A stretch of DNA of 64,000 nucleotides from an uncultured virus (IMG/VR IMGVR_UViG_3300000115_000011) (IMGVR_UViG_3300000115_000011); one strand, 5' to 3'; positions 37,470 through 46,874 are shown, counted from the first letter of the stretch. Program-made: numbers and translations. The notes: generated by a model from the sequence alone, not told the origin.

Positions 37470-37778
37470 ATGAAATACACTACACATGACGTTGATACCA
37501 ACGGTTCATTTTTGCAGGGGCAAATCACATGCCCCTTTTCTTTGCTCGTTACTTTGTTCGGGGAGCCTCATGAGGGTGACACTCAGGTAAGTGATGCCTT
37601 CTGGCCTCTCAAGTTTGACGATGGTGTCACTGCCACTATCTACAACTGGAAGAACGGCAGGAATTGGTGTGGTGGCCCCGAGGTGGAGCACATCACTAAG
37701 TGGAACATCGGCGGGTTTAATATAGCCGCAGTAGACCATGTAAAAAACATACTTATATCTCAGGAGATAGCCGCATGA
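37470..37778 (+). CDS. Conserved phage hypothetical protein
   Basis: LQG......L...FGEP...W...F.DG..ATIY.WK...WNIGG motif. Confidence 0.7.
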   Translation: MKYTTHDVDTNGSFLQGQITCPFSLLVTLFGEPHEGDTQVSDAFWPLKFDDGVTATIYNWKNGRNWCGGPEVEHITKWNIGGFNIAAVDHVKNILISQEIAA

Positions 37779-38926
37779 CACCAAATGAAAAAGTAGTAAA
37801 AGCCAGAGTGGCTTTGGTACTAGACCATCCGTTCTTCGGGAGCTTGGCTCTTAAACTTACAGTCAAAGAAGATCCTGAGTGCAAGACCGCTTGGGTCGAT
37901 GGTACTCATCTGGGTTATAACCCAGAGTTTGTGGACAAGTTACCATCTGACGAACTGAAGGGGCTTATAGCCCACGAGGTGATGCACTGTGGCCTCAATC
38001 ACATAGCGAGGAAGGGAGACAGAGATGGTCATCGATGGAACCTAGCCTGTGACTATGCCATTAATCCTATCTTACTTGACTATGGAATGGCTCTGCCTGA
38101 TGGCGCTCTTAATGATCCTCAGTATTACGACATGGATGCTGACACTATCTACACTAAGCTACCAGAAAATGGTGGCGGTGGCGGTGGTGGTGGCGGTGGT
38201 GATGGCGATGAAGAAGAGGATGTCGGAGGGTGTGGCGTCATGCGAGAACCCACAAATGAAGATGGGCAATCTCTATCAGATGCTGAACTAAAAGAAATGG
38301 ATCATGACTGGGAGGTGGCAACAGCTCAGGCTGCACAGCAAGCCAAGGCAATGGGTAAGTTACCCGCTAATCTAGGTGAGATGGTCGGTGAGATGCTCCG
38401 CCCTGTAGCTAACTGGAAGTATATCCTTCAGCGTTTCATTACCCAGTGGGTCAAAGATGAATACACATGGAGGCGTCCTGATCGTAGGTTCATCCATGAT
38501 GACATCTACTGTCCATCGCTAGGTAACGAGTCCATGGGTGAGATTGTCATCGGTTGGGATACGTCTGGTTCGACTGACGAATTCAAGATACGTTTCGCAT
38601 CGGAAATAAATTACATCCTCAGCCAGTTCAGCACCACTGTTCACATTGTGTACTGTGATAGCCAAGTTCAAAAGGTACAGACACTAAACACCCCTGATGA
38701 TCTTCCATTTAAAATGGAGTGCCCTCGAGGTGGAGGTACTGCCTTCCAGCCTGTGTTTGATTGGGTTGATAACCGTATACAGGAAACAGGTGTTGAACCT
38801 GCATGTTTGATTTACCTGACAGATTTGTATGGGCGCACGCCTATACAGCCAGACTATCCTGTCTTGTGGGCTTGCACCAATGAACAGGTAGCAGACTTTG
38901 GCGAAACAATTAACATTAGTATGTAG
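37775..38926 (+). CDS. Zinc metallopeptidase-VWA protein (DUF2201 family)
   Basis: HEVMH zincin motif, WN.ACD.AIN, MIDAS-like DTSGS, GGGT.F, YLTD.YG. Confidence 0.9.
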   Translation: MTPNEKVVKARVALVLDHPFFGSLALKLTVKEDPECKTAWVDGTHLGYNPEFVDKLPSDELKGLIAHEVMHCGLNHIARKGDRDGHRWNLACDYAINPILLDYGMALPDGALNDPQYYDMDADTIYTKLPENGGGGGGGGGGDGDEEEDVGGCGVMREPTNEDGQSLSDAELKEMDHDWEVATAQAAQQAKAMGKLPANLGEMVGEMLRPVANWKYILQRFITQWVKDEYTWRRPDRRFIHDDIYCPSLGNESMGEIVIGWDTSGSTDEFKIRFASEINYILSQFSTTVHIVYCDSQVQKVQTLNTPDDLPFKMECPRGGGTAFQPVFDWVDNRIQETGVEPACLIYLTDLYGRTPIQPDYPVLWACTNEQVADFGETINISM

Positions 38927-38935
38927 GAGAGCACT

Positions 38936-40060
38936 ATGAGTATTAAAAAACCAAAAATGAAATTAATTAACAGGTATTCGCGTGAGTTAGTAGAGAAACT
39001 TCATGATCGAAGTATGCATTTGAGTTTGCTTTCCCCTCTAATAAAACATTTTTATAAACTGATAGGTGAAGTACACCACTTTGCTGTTGACTTTAATGAA
39101 GTAGAGAGGAATCACTCAAAGGCTTATCATTTTGCATGTTCAAAGTATCTGTTTGGGTTCAAAGATAAGAAAGCTTTAATGAATATGATTCACCCTATCA
39201 CAAGAATAGATAAACAAATCCAAGATGATAGACGCTATCGACAAAGAGAGACAGATGATTTGGTTAGAAAAGATGTGATCGGAAGCGATCAGACTGCATA
39301 CCAACGCTACAAAAAGATAGCGAGTGCCAAGTGGAAAATTAACTTCGGGCATACTCATGAACATAGTCAGGTATATCGTAGACTTATCGAGAATGTATCA
39401 CCATCACAGTTTGAATTTGAATGTGGTGCGTTCCATAATAAGATCATTTACATGACTGGGTTGTGGTCAGTAGTTAAAGAACATGATATTAAGAAGGTAG
39501 ACAACAAAGTCACAGTGTATGCCAAGCTCATAAGCGAAGACGAGCATGGCCTCAAGGTGTTCAAAGCCAAATGGATTCGGCCCATTAATAAGCACCCCAA
39601 GTATGTTAACGAGTCAGGTTATATCTTTTCGCATAACGGAAACAACATCACCGCAGCCAAGAATGTAAAAGCAGAGCAGCGCATTGAGACAGTAGCCCAG
39701 AAAATGATGACCGAAAAGTATGGTGAAACTGCGATGACAAGAATCAATGACCTTGCTGGCAAGCCTGTGCCTTACTACCTGTACCCCACTATTATAGATT
39801 ATATTTTCAAAGAAACTCAGTCGGGTTCAAGCACGCTCGATGTCATTTCACACTTCAGATTCACAGTGTTCATGACTTCAGTAATGAACCAGATTAAAGT
39901 AACCAAAGAAGCTTCTGAGGCTGAGGTTGCGGCGGCTGAGGCTGAGGTTGCGGCTGAGATTGAAGTTGAAGTTGATAAAGCTGTAAAGGAATCTATAGAG
40001 GCAGCTGGCCTTACAGATTTAATAGATAAGATCAACGCTAGCAAGGATAAGGCTGCATGA
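38936..40060 (+). CDS. Hypothetical protein
   Basis: 374-aa ORF with GGAG RBS; no recognised motif. Confidence 0.65.
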   Translation: MSIKKPKMKLINRYSRELVEKLHDRSMHLSLLSPLIKHFYKLIGEVHHFAVDFNEVERNHSKAYHFACSKYLFGFKDKKALMNMIHPITRIDKQIQDDRRYRQRETDDLVRKDVIGSDQTAYQRYKKIASAKWKINFGHTHEHSQVYRRLIENVSPSQFEFECGAFHNKIIYMTGLWSVVKEHDIKKVDNKVTVYAKLISEDEHGLKVFKAKWIRPINKHPKYVNESGYIFSHNGNNITAAKNVKAEQRIETVAQKMMTEKYGETAMTRINDLAGKPVPYYLYPTIIDYIFKETQSGSSTLDVISHFRFTVFMTSVMNQIKVTKEASEAEVAAAEAEVAAEIEVEVDKAVKESIEAAGLTDLIDKINASKDKAA

Positions 40061-40272
40061 AAACACGCATACATATCAACCAACACATCATTAAAAGCAA
40101 CGGCAAGAGTGGTGCAAGGGAGCCAGTGATTACGGTAAAGAATTACAAGGAGAACCGGTATGCCCATGAGGTTGTAATCAATGGGCCGTGCCGTGTCATA
40201 TACAGCCCTGACAAGCCGCTAAGTTGTGGCGCAAAGGTATGGATAGAGACTGACTCTGACTGTGTAAGCTAG
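40057..40272 (+). CDS. Conserved small phage protein
   Basis: IH.NQH.I..N.K.G...PV.TVK...YSPDKPLSCGA.VWIET. Confidence 0.75.
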   Translation: MKTRIHINQHIIKSNGKSGAREPVITVKNYKENRYAHEVVINGPCRVIYSPDKPLSCGAKVWIETDSDCVS

Positions 40273-40715
40273 CCAATAGGACGTCCTACCCCTCGGTCTT
40301 CATCGAGGCGGTATTGTACATTAGGGTTGATCGTTTGTTGAGCAATCGCTGTTAGAAAACCAGACAGCCATAACCTAGCCCTATCTAATATCGTGAAGTA
40401 ATTTCTACGGCTAACACCCAGTACCTTACACTTCTCAACTGCACTACCTTTCTCGCAGTAATGAAGTGCTAACGCATTGCTGAGTGTGTGATCAATCTGA
40501 GCTAACTTAATGATGGATTTGTTCACGGCTTCTGCTCGATAGTCTCGCTTATTAAGTGGTGGTGTCGATGATCTAAAGCTGCTTCCCGATGTGATGTCTC
40601 CATCAGCTAGCCTTCCAAGCACTGTATTAGAAGGGAACCCTAGTCCAGAGTCTTTATCTCTAGCGACCCATTCGGCCCAGTGGTTTAGTAAAGTGTCTAC
40701 TTCTTTATCGGTCAT
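40269..40715 (-). CDS. Antitermination protein Q-like
   Basis: L..WA.W...GLG.P N-terminus and C-terminal HTH (HY...LGVSR..Y...L..A...L.G); last gene of the nin-like region. Confidence 0.7.
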   Translation of the reverse strand: MTDKEVDTLLNHWAEWVARDKDSGLGFPSNTVLGRLADGDITSGSSFRSSTPPLNKRDYRAEAVNKSIIKLAQIDHTLSNALALHYCEKGSAVEKCKVLGVSRRNYFTILDRARLWLSGFLTAIAQQTINPNVQYRLDEDRGVGRPIG

Positions 40716-41019
40716 TCTGATTCCCCTTTACACTAATTAATCCCTGCTCAACCCAGTAAGCAATCGTCCTTACCATTGCTCTGCGAGTAAAGAACAACTC
40801 ATCCTCATACCTCATCTTGTGCTGGTCGAGATGAACGTGGCAGGAGAAACATGCAAAGGCAGCAGAGAAATCATCTGCCTTACCACCCATGATGCCACCC
40901 TCTGTCTGTATGTGAGCCAGTACAGTGGTCTCTCTGTTGTGATTACAAACCTTTGGGATTTGGAACGTGCAGATCTGATCCTTAGCTGACTTGCGAAGTG
41001 CGTTAGATTTAATGCCCAT
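40705..41019 (-). CDS. DUF1364/YbcO-like putative nuclease
   Basis: LRKSA....C..Q.P..CN.N.ETTVLAH...K..D...A.AC..CH; likely start MGIKS at 41019. Confidence 0.85.
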   Translation of the reverse strand: MGIKSNALRKSAKDQICTFQIPKVCNHNRETTVLAHIQTEGGIMGGKADDFSAAFACFSCHVHLDQHKMRYEDELFFTRRAMVRTIAYWVEQGLISVKGNQNDR

Positions 41020-41422
41020 GTCTTTGATCCTCGGGGTGAGGTAGATATAAATTAAGGGTGTCCATGCAGAACCGCTCAACGTCTTGCATGTACTGAGCAA
41101 ATACCGATGGCTCTAGTGTTTTGGTACTCACCCTAATGGTGAACTCATGGCCACCAATGGAACCTGTGGTCTCCAATCCGTATGCGTCTTTGAACTTATC
41201 TCTAAAGGCTTCATGTGATTCAAGTTTGGTGTACCCTGTTTCAGCAGATACAAGCGTCATCCAATCCCAATAAAGCCTGTTCTGTTTGTTTGATCTAGCC
41301 TTCTTGAACGGCTGAATAGATATTTGCCACAAAGGTTTGTCCTCATTTAGTTCAAGCCCATTGATATAGTCGAGGGCAGATGAGACAACTGACTGCGTGC
41401 GCAGAATAAAGTCACGCTTCAT
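41009..41422 (-). CDS. ninB: NinB-like recombination protein
   Basis: RS..QN..YW motif and ST..L....F..Y...V; likely start MKRDF at 41422. Confidence 0.8.
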   Translation of the reverse strand: MKRDFILRTQSVVSSALDYINGLELNEDKPLWQISIQPFKKARSNKQNRLYWDWMTLVSAETGYTKLESHEAFRDKFKDAYGLETTGSIGGHEFTIRVSTKTLEPSVFAQYMQDVERFCMDTLNLYLPHPEDQRHGH

Positions 41423-41829
41423 TACATTTTTTCTCTGACTAACGTGCAAAACATTTCTGGACTCATGGTGAGGCTGTATTCGTATGTGTTCTCCCATATC
41501 GACTCCTGTTTGCCGATTAGATGGCTACCTGCCACGACAACCATCCAAGGTCGCCTAGCCTGCTTCCAAAAAAGAACTGGGTGGCGTGATGCTTTGATCG
41601 CTTCGTCAACAGTCTGATCCCACCAACCTCGGATCAGAGATGGTGTAGCTTCTTTATAATTCTTTACTTCAATCGCCCAATCAGGGAGGCCCAATATGTC
41701 CATCCCCCCGTCATGGCATTGATCGAGAAGGTTGCGCTTGAACACATAACCATCTCCTAGTAGATCCCTTAGTAAGGTAACCACCTCACGCTCACCACGT
41801 TTACCTTTCTCTCTGGACATTTTGCTCAT
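41422..41829 (-). CDS. PD-(D/E)xK Holliday junction resolvase-like protein
   Basis: SR.KG.RGERE...D.....AIEVK. Confidence 0.8.
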   Translation of the reverse strand: MSKMSREKGKRGEREVVTLLRDLLGDGYVFKRNLLDQCHDGGMDILGLPDWAIEVKNYKEATPSLIRGWWDQTVDEAIKASRHPVLFWKQARRPWMVVVAGSHLIGKQESIWENTYEYSLTMSPEMFCTLVREKM

Positions 41830-41995
41830 GTGCTTCTCCCATTACCTCGGCAAGGTCTCTTTTAAATCGGTATTCTTTTTGCTGCTCACGGATTCTAAGC
41901 TGGTTATCCTTGTACCATTTAGCGCGGTAAGCTTTGCGTTCTTCCTTGTGACGTTCTGCCCAGCTCTTGCCCCATCGTTCGTATTGATCTGTCAT
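41801..41995 (-). CDS. Small basic hypothetical protein
   Basis: Charged helical peptide in operon context. Confidence 0.5.
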   Translation of the reverse strand: MTDQYERWGKSWAERHKEERKAYRAKWYKDNQLRIREQQKEYRFKRDLAEVMGEAHEQNVQRER

Positions 41996-42435
41996 GCCAC
42001 CCTCTTAAATAAATCCATTGGTATATGTACTACAGGCTCTGAGTCCTGATTGTCTCTTACGTTCTTAGTCCTTCCACCCCAACGGATAGGTAGGTCGTCA
42101 CCATCGGAGTGAAGATACCAAAAGTCTCCGTCTTGCATTGATGCCACCACGATAAATGGTAGGCCAGTTCTGTTGTGGTACTGGATACCCCTGTCCATCT
42201 TGGCGTAAGAAATAATCAGTGTTGGGTAAGTGTTAAAGGAATGATTACGACACTTGATCTCACACCAACCTGACGGTTTGTTGTTGCGTTCAAACATATA
42301 GTCAAGTTGATAGGAGATCGGTAGCTTACGAGCATTACATTTCCATGCCGACATCAACCGCTCAACGCAGTCATACTCTCGGTTTAGATCTGCCTTAGTC
42401 TCGTAAAGAGGTCTCATTTTTTTATGCGCCCCCAC
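41992..42435 (-). CDS. PD-(D/E)xK nuclease-like protein
   Basis: LDY......EIK.R...YPT..IS..K motif. Confidence 0.65.
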   Translation of the reverse strand: MGAHKKMRPLYETKADLNREYDCVERLMSAWKCNARKLPISYQLDYMFERNNKPSGWCEIKCRNHSFNTYPTLIISYAKMDRGIQYHNRTGLPFIVVASMQDGDFWYLHSDGDDLPIRWGGRTKNVRDNQDSEPVVHIPMDLFKRVA

Positions 42436-42650
42436 GAATCACCAATCTGTTTAGGCTCAACAAAAATGCTAACGTACTCAGACTCATCTGGCTCAGTCCC
42501 AACCACTCGGTCATTCTCTTTTGCGTACACGACCTTGAGCTGACCGAACGCTTCAGTGAGTGAGTCATAAGCCTTAGTAAACTCAGGCATTAACTCTCTG
42601 TTATCAGCACGGACTTCATCCGGAGTTATTTTATTGCCAGCATGATTCAT
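42414..42650 (-). CDS. Hypothetical protein
   Basis: NR..MP...FG..KV.YA.EN motif. Confidence 0.6.
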   Translation of the reverse strand: MNHAGNKITPDEVRADNRELMPEFTKAYDSLTEAFGQLKVVYAKENDRVVGTEPDESEYVSIFVEPKQIGDSWGRIKK

Positions 42651-42868
42651 CTTGGCGCACCATTTTCTTTTTCATACGCTGCCCATGTTCTGTCAGCAGA
42701 TACAAAAGATTTATTAGCCAGCTCAAGTTTTTTCTCTGCGATATAGAATTCTTTTCTAGCCACTCGAGTTAACTCAAAGGTGCGATGCCATTCGGTAACC
42801 AGCTTATCCAACTCTGGGTTAGAGTCAGCGTGATAACCTTTCTTATTCATTCTTAAAATATTCATCAT
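42647..42868 (-). CDS. Hypothetical protein
   Basis: Coupled to the primase-helicase stop. Confidence 0.5.
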   Translation of the reverse strand: MMNILRMNKKGYHADSNPELDKLVTEWHRTFELTRVARKEFYIAEKKLELANKSFVSADRTWAAYEKENGAPR

Positions 42869-44613
42869 TAAAATGTCGCCGGAATGGGTGAGTTGTAATA
42901 GCTGGTAGGTATCTCTTGGTTAGCTTGATCGAGCTGCGAGTAGTCACCCGTTACATGGTTGTACGCAAGTTCAGCAACACCCACCTTTCCGATCTCTTTG
43001 AATCGTACCTTTTGCACATGAACCTGAGTCACCCTAGAAGAGGAATCATTTATGTCACGCCAAACCGTAATAGAGTTGTCAGCCTTGTTACGCCAGTGAG
43101 CTGCACCAGCAACGTCATAGGGTGTAGGCACTGGGTAGTCACCGTTCTTATCCTTCTGTAGTTTAGTAGGGTGAGCCACGATCCAAAGGTGAACACGATT
43201 GTTTCGAGCGAATGTTCTCAGTTCAGTGAGAGCTATAGATATGTATTCAGTTTCACTCACCCCATCTGTACGAGAGTGTTCAATTTCATTCCACGGATCA
43301 ATCACGATGCCTTGAACGCCTCTACGTTTAACCTGCACTCGCATTAGTCTTAGGACTTCAGCCAGTGTGGGACGCTCAGGCATAACAAAGGAGAAGTGAT
43401 CGTCAACCCATGATCGAGCTGATGTATATTCATCTCGGTTCATTCTAAGTGGGTGTTGGGTAGCAATAGACTTACCCGTTTTCTTTTCGATGAGGCCAGC
43501 AATATGACGAGCAACTGGTTGGTTCTCAGGAGAGCAGATACAGAAACGCCACTGATGCTGGTTAGCTAACCGCACTAGCATAGCGTCTAGAAAGTTTGAC
43601 TTACCGTGAGATGGAACGCCTGTCACCAGAGTCCACTCCCCTTGCCTAACTGTGTAGAACTGATCAACATCTTTCCACCCTGTCGAGATCCCTAATTCGT
43701 ATCCTGCCTCGTAGATGTAATCAAGTTGATCAACTACATCTGATACCTCAAAGATACCAGTAACGGGATAGTCAAGAGCCGCTTCTATACAATCATGTAT
43801 AGTGTGTGAACCATGGGTTTTTAAGGTATCGTTCGCATCCTTGCAGTCCGTTGGCCATATCACTCGGGCGCATCTTTCTACACCTAGTCTGCGGCTCAGT
43901 TCATCCTCAAGCCTTTTGCCCGGAGCATCAGTATCAACAGCAATAACGAAGCGCTTAACACTATCTAGTCTCGGGTCTGCCAAGAAATCAAACTTACTTG
44001 AGTAAGACTTTGACTCCATTGATGGAGCACCATCAGGTACTGAAATACAGTTACGGTATCCGGCTTCTTCGAGCGACAGCTTATCCATTTCTCCTTCAAC
44101 TATAATCGTGAGGGATTTATTTAGATCGTCTAGACCATAGAGCAAACGCTCTGCACCTTTGCTTAGCTTGAAGTTCTTCTTACCGTCTCTGTATTTGATG
44201 TTGACTAGCTCACCATCCCGATAGTATGGGAACTCAATGGCACCTGTTTCAGCTCCAATCTGAGGCATCCACGACTGCCCATATGCGATCTTATTTCTAA
44301 TAAGGACAGCCTCAGAGATACCCCTCTTTAAGAACCACTCTACTACCTGTTCAGGAAGATCAGACTTAGGTCTTTCGACAGGCGCAACGTAAACCTTTGG
44401 TCGCTCAACAAAGTCAGGCTTCTTATCGTTACCTAATCCTCCAGCCTCACCACAGTTGTGACAGAACCATGTCCCCTTGTCGAGGTTCACATTGAGTGGT
44501 TTATGATGGGCGTTCTTATTACTTCTTGTGTGACGACAGCTGGGGCAGAATGCTTTGACCTCACCAGATTTATTTTGAGGTACGTCTATACTAAAATCAG
44601 CGTATGTATTCAT
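42868..44613 (-). CDS. Primase-helicase (T7 gp4/Twinkle-like)
   Basis: Zinc finger CPSC...CHNC, TOPRIM EGEMD and DTD.PG, KDAND, Walker A GVPSHGKS, IDPWN, VAHP.K. Confidence 0.92.
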   Translation of the reverse strand: MNTYADFSIDVPQNKSGEVKAFCPSCRHTRSNKNAHHKPLNVNLDKGTWFCHNCGEAGGLGNDKKPDFVERPKVYVAPVERPKSDLPEQVVEWFLKRGISEAVLIRNKIAYGQSWMPQIGAETGAIEFPYYRDGELVNIKYRDGKKNFKLSKGAERLLYGLDDLNKSLTIIVEGEMDKLSLEEAGYRNCISVPDGAPSMESKSYSSKFDFLADPRLDSVKRFVIAVDTDAPGKRLEDELSRRLGVERCARVIWPTDCKDANDTLKTHGSHTIHDCIEAALDYPVTGIFEVSDVVDQLDYIYEAGYELGISTGWKDVDQFYTVRQGEWTLVTGVPSHGKSNFLDAMLVRLANQHQWRFCICSPENQPVARHIAGLIEKKTGKSIATQHPLRMNRDEYTSARSWVDDHFSFVMPERPTLAEVLRLMRVQVKRRGVQGIVIDPWNEIEHSRTDGVSETEYISIALTELRTFARNNRVHLWIVAHPTKLQKDKNGDYPVPTPYDVAGAAHWRNKADNSITVWRDINDSSSRVTQVHVQKVRFKEIGKVGVAELAYNHVTGDYSQLDQANQEIPTSYYNSPIPATF

Positions 44614-45338
44614 AGGACTACTCCTGATGGATTTCCTTTGGTCTTACGCAACCGATTTCCAGTTGGTAATTCGGAACCCATCTTTGTTTTTAATGCTGTG
44701 TATTTATCTCGCAGCTTCGATGGACTTAAGATATTGCTTTGCCAGAACTTATCTTCGTTTGCCCATTTAAAAACCTCACAGATCTCTCGAGGTGTGCGCT
44801 CATCATTGGATCTCATTAGCCTTACATCGTTTGACCAGACCGCATAGTTGGGTTGCCGCGCTCTAGAATCAATGCGTTTGATACATCCATAGATGTACTC
44901 TGCTACTTTTAGATCGGCGCTTGTGCCCCACTTCCAACCGTTCTTTTCACGCTTAGAAACAACAGCACCTTCGGGCGGTTGAGGTATGGGTTCTTCTACT
45001 AGCACAGGCTCGGAAGCTCTAATAGGTTTGACAGGTTCAGCAATCTCAACTACGTCATCATTAGTTGGTAGCCTCGCATTGAACTCATACCCATCACGCG
45101 AACAAGTTGAGTGTTGAGATTTAACTAACCACCCCATTGCCTCAGCCAAATTGAGATGCTTAACCACTGACGTCCGAGACATTGAAGTCTCCATCACGAT
45201 TGTTTGTGATCGCAAAGTGCAGTTAACACTGGTGGCATCAAGATGATTGGAGATCGTAAGCAATACGAGTCGCGTTAAGGGCTGAAGATCGGATTGAACT
45301 ATCCCCTTGCGCCATTGTTTTATTTTTGTCATGACCAA
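44610..45338 (-). CDS. Phage replication initiator (N-terminal winged HTH, lambdoid C-terminal domain)
   Basis: I..ET.MSR.SV..HL......GWL HTH; C-terminal W.ND.RLM...D.R...W...D.FW..NILSP.KLR.KY. Confidence 0.8.
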   Translation of the reverse strand: MVMTKIKQWRKGIVQSDLQPLTRLVLLTISNHLDATSVNCTLRSQTIVMETSMSRTSVVKHLNLAEAMGWLVKSQHSTCSRDGYEFNARLPTNDDVVEIAEPVKPIRASEPVLVEEPIPQPPEGAVVSKREKNGWKWGTSADLKVAEYIYGCIKRIDSRARQPNYAVWSNDVRLMRSNDERTPREICEVFKWANEDKFWQSNILSPSKLRDKYTALKTKMGSELPTGNRLRKTKGNPSGVVL

Positions 45339-45342
45339 TCAC

Positions 45343-45564
45343 CTATTGCTGAATGGTTATGTATCGCTCGGGGTACAAGATTTCAATCTCATTGATCTCT
45401 TTCTTAAAGAAGATGCTCAGTTTTTCTGCGAGATCAGGAGAAGTTTTTTCACCTCGCTCAATGCGCGAGAGGTGGCCGTTGTCTACGCCAACCTGAGCAC
45501 AGACATACTGGAGGGAGAAGCCTTTAAGTTTGCGAATGTTTCTGAGAGGAGATGATTCATTCAT
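45343..45564 (-). CDS. Cro-like XRE HTH regulator
   Basis: LR.IRK..G.SL..V...VGVD.G.LSRIERG...S..LA.KL...EILYP. Confidence 0.85.
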   Translation of the reverse strand: MNESSPLRNIRKLKGFSLQYVCAQVGVDNGHLSRIERGEKTSPDLAEKLSIFFKKEINEIEILYPERYITIQQ

Positions 45565-45604
45565 AGTGGTGTTCCTAGATTATTATTGAGTTAATGCGAA
45601 ATAT

Positions 45605-45657
45605 AGTCTGGGTGTGTCGCAGAGTTATGTCAACATAAAACTTTCGTATTTAAGAAA
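45605..45657 (-). promoter_or_regulatory. pR-like promoter with adjacent operator
   Basis: Minus strand TTGACA (45628-33)-N17-CAGACT; operator-like TTTCGTATTTAAGAAA at 45642-45657. Confidence 0.55.
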
Positions 45658-45781
45658 GTATCTAGGGAGGAAATGTAAATGACAGAATAAAATTTCGTAT
45701 TAGTGATTGAAAAAAATCAAACCATAAGTTACATTTGTGCGGTACACGCATAATGCTGTACCCAATTAAAGGAGAAATAAA

Positions 45782-46054
45782 ATGATCAAGCAATCGTTTC
45801 GCGTCATTGACATTGCAAGTAAATTACAAATAAAAAAGAAGGGTTGGATGAAAGATGCAGGATCAAACTGGCCTTGGCACATTACGTTTTGGGATCACCA
45901 AAGTGAATGCCGTCCTGAGTATTTAAGAACTAAGGATACGTTTGAAGGTGATAACCAACTCAAAATACTCAGCTCAGACTATAGTTATGTAGGCGTAACT
46001 AAGCTGAGTTTGAAAAACACAGTAGATGAGGACATGAAGGATGAGCTTATTTAA
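45782..46054 (+). CDS. Hypothetical protein in immunity region
   Basis: AAGGAG RBS; AT-rich. Confidence 0.5.
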   Translation: MIKQSFRVIDIASKLQIKKKGWMKDAGSNWPWHITFWDHQSECRPEYLRTKDTFEGDNQLKILSSDYSYVGVTKLSLKNTVDEDMKDELI

Positions 46055-46170
46055 ACGCTATTCAATAAACAACGAAGTTGGACGCAATGGTGAAACCAAC
46101 TTTGGACATAATTTAAATTTAATTAATATGATGGATCGAATTAGGTCAATCATGTGGGAGATTTTTAAAT

Positions 46171-46503
46171 ATGCAACTTATTCTAGGCCCACTAGCCAAG
46201 AGAATGCGGATGCAACTTGGTCTAAAGCAAGCGGATGTGGCTAAAGAAATTGGCACCACCGCAGGAAATCTATGTAGATTTGAGAAAGGAAATCAGGGTT
46301 TAAGCGATCCATTATTGGAGAAGTTAACGAAGAAACTTAACACAACACCAGAGCAGTTAATTTTAATGAACCTAACAACCACGCCAAGTGAGTTACTGGA
46401 GTACGCTGTGTTGTTATCTAAACTAAATGCTAATCAGATGTTGGGTGTTAAGGCTGTCATAGACTCTATGGTCTCTGATGTTAACGATGATGGGAGGGGT
46501 TGA
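46171..46503 (+). CDS. CI-like XRE repressor without peptidase domain
   Basis: R.R..LGL.QADVA..IGTT...L.RFEKG HTH; 110 aa; divergent from cro. Confidence 0.75.
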   Translation: MQLILGPLAKRMRMQLGLKQADVAKEIGTTAGNLCRFEKGNQGLSDPLLEKLTKKLNTTPEQLILMNLTTTPSELLEYAVLLSKLNANQMLGVKAVIDSMVSDVNDDGRG

Positions 46504-46750
46504 TCACTGCTTTAAATTAGGCCGCAGTAATAATCTGGTGCGGGTTTAAGGAGTCATAATGAATGGAGCAACATCAACTTACGTCTATTGATCTAGGCGA
46601 GGACGGAGAAGGCAAAATAAGGAGAGAGATTTTATTGAAATTAATTAATCTCCCTCCTCCTAAAAAACGAAAAGTATTAACGCTACTGGAGGAGCTAGTA
46701 CGGAACAAGTAATAACCTGAGCTAACTCTCAGGTATCAACCTCAAGAATC

Positions 46751-46775
46751 AAGACGCCCTCGTGGCGTTTTTTTT
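46751..46775 (+). terminator. Terminator after repressor unit
   Basis: AAGACGCC-CTCGT-GGCGTTTT followed by a T-run. Confidence 0.7.
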
Positions 46776-46874
46776 CGACTATAAGAAAGTAAGAAATCAA
46801 ATAATGACACTGTTGACGAAATTTTATTTCGGTGGTAGTCTTAACTTATTGACAAAGATTTCGCTATTACGAAA
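46773..46874 (+). promoter_or_regulatory. pL-like promoter flanked by two operators
   Basis: TTGACG (46813)-N17-TAGTCT (46836); TTTCG-N6-(A/C)GAAA at 46773 and 46859. Confidence 0.7.

Noticed and set aside
38171..38200. GGT/GGC microsatellite as a phase-variation tract
   Set aside because: In-frame poly-Gly linker; triplet slippage would not switch expression.
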